The notes beneath the pieces are model-generated. The model made no database searches. It had not been told where the DNA came from and was given only the letters and a program-made list of their open reading frames with translations. Of a DNA stretch of 64,000 nucleotides, positions 63,873 to 64,000 are shown piece by piece. The DNA comes from Desulfatiglandales bacterium (GTDB lineage Bacteria; Desulfobacterota; DSM-4660; Desulfatiglandales; Desulfatiglandaceae): NCBI GenBank assembly GCA_963662465.1, contig OY759599.1, forward strand, positions 4,416,001 to 4,480,000. The letters are read 5' to 3'. A program made the position numbers and the translations under genes. Numbering within the stretch: position 1 is the first letter of the stretch; each line of letters begins with the position of its first letter.

Positions 63873-64000
63873 AAGTTTCCCGCTGAACATCCGCACTTTG
63901 GATGTGGATATCCCTTTGCGGAAAGGGAATCTCGATTCCGGCCATTTTGAACTTTTCAAAGATCTCAAAATAAAGCGCACTGCGAACATTTCGCCGCGGC
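63873..64000. repeat. Structured dispersed repeat (MITE-like), copy 2, cut by the window end
   Basis: Matches 18286-18412. Confidence 0.8.

Noticed and set aside
1..64000. rRNA or tRNA genes
   Set aside because: None recognised by eye; tRNAscan and Rfam were not run.

Overview
Bacterial genomic window. Gene content (desulfoferrodoxin, ADP-forming acyl-CoA ligase, MASE3 kinase) suggests an anaerobic Desulfobacterota/deltaproteobacterium; this is inference. Main result: bases 1-10361 are a complete integron (intI 9366-10361, attI core at 9223-9229). Its visible cassette array consists only of at least six apparently identical 1609-bp cassettes: five complete and one cut by the window edge. Each cassette carries one IS91-family HUH/Y2 rolling-circle transposase gene and a canonical 131-bp attC. 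The repeat boundary falls exactly on the integron G/TT crossover point, so these are true gene cassettes rather than ordinary IS insertions. This is a candidate self-amplifying transposase cassette. The rest of the window mixes intact operons (Liv-type ABC importer, ybhGFSR-type ABC exporter with outer-membrane factor, acyl-CoA ligase/crotonase, P3A H+-ATPase, WrbA, EboE, UbiA/UbiB/UbiG/UbiE-like genes) with dense debris of internally deleted genes (type I R-M locus, two collapsed ybh paralogues, RND pump, second H+-ATPase, SLC12-like transporter, MscS, NuoA, HipA), plus small MITE-like repeats.
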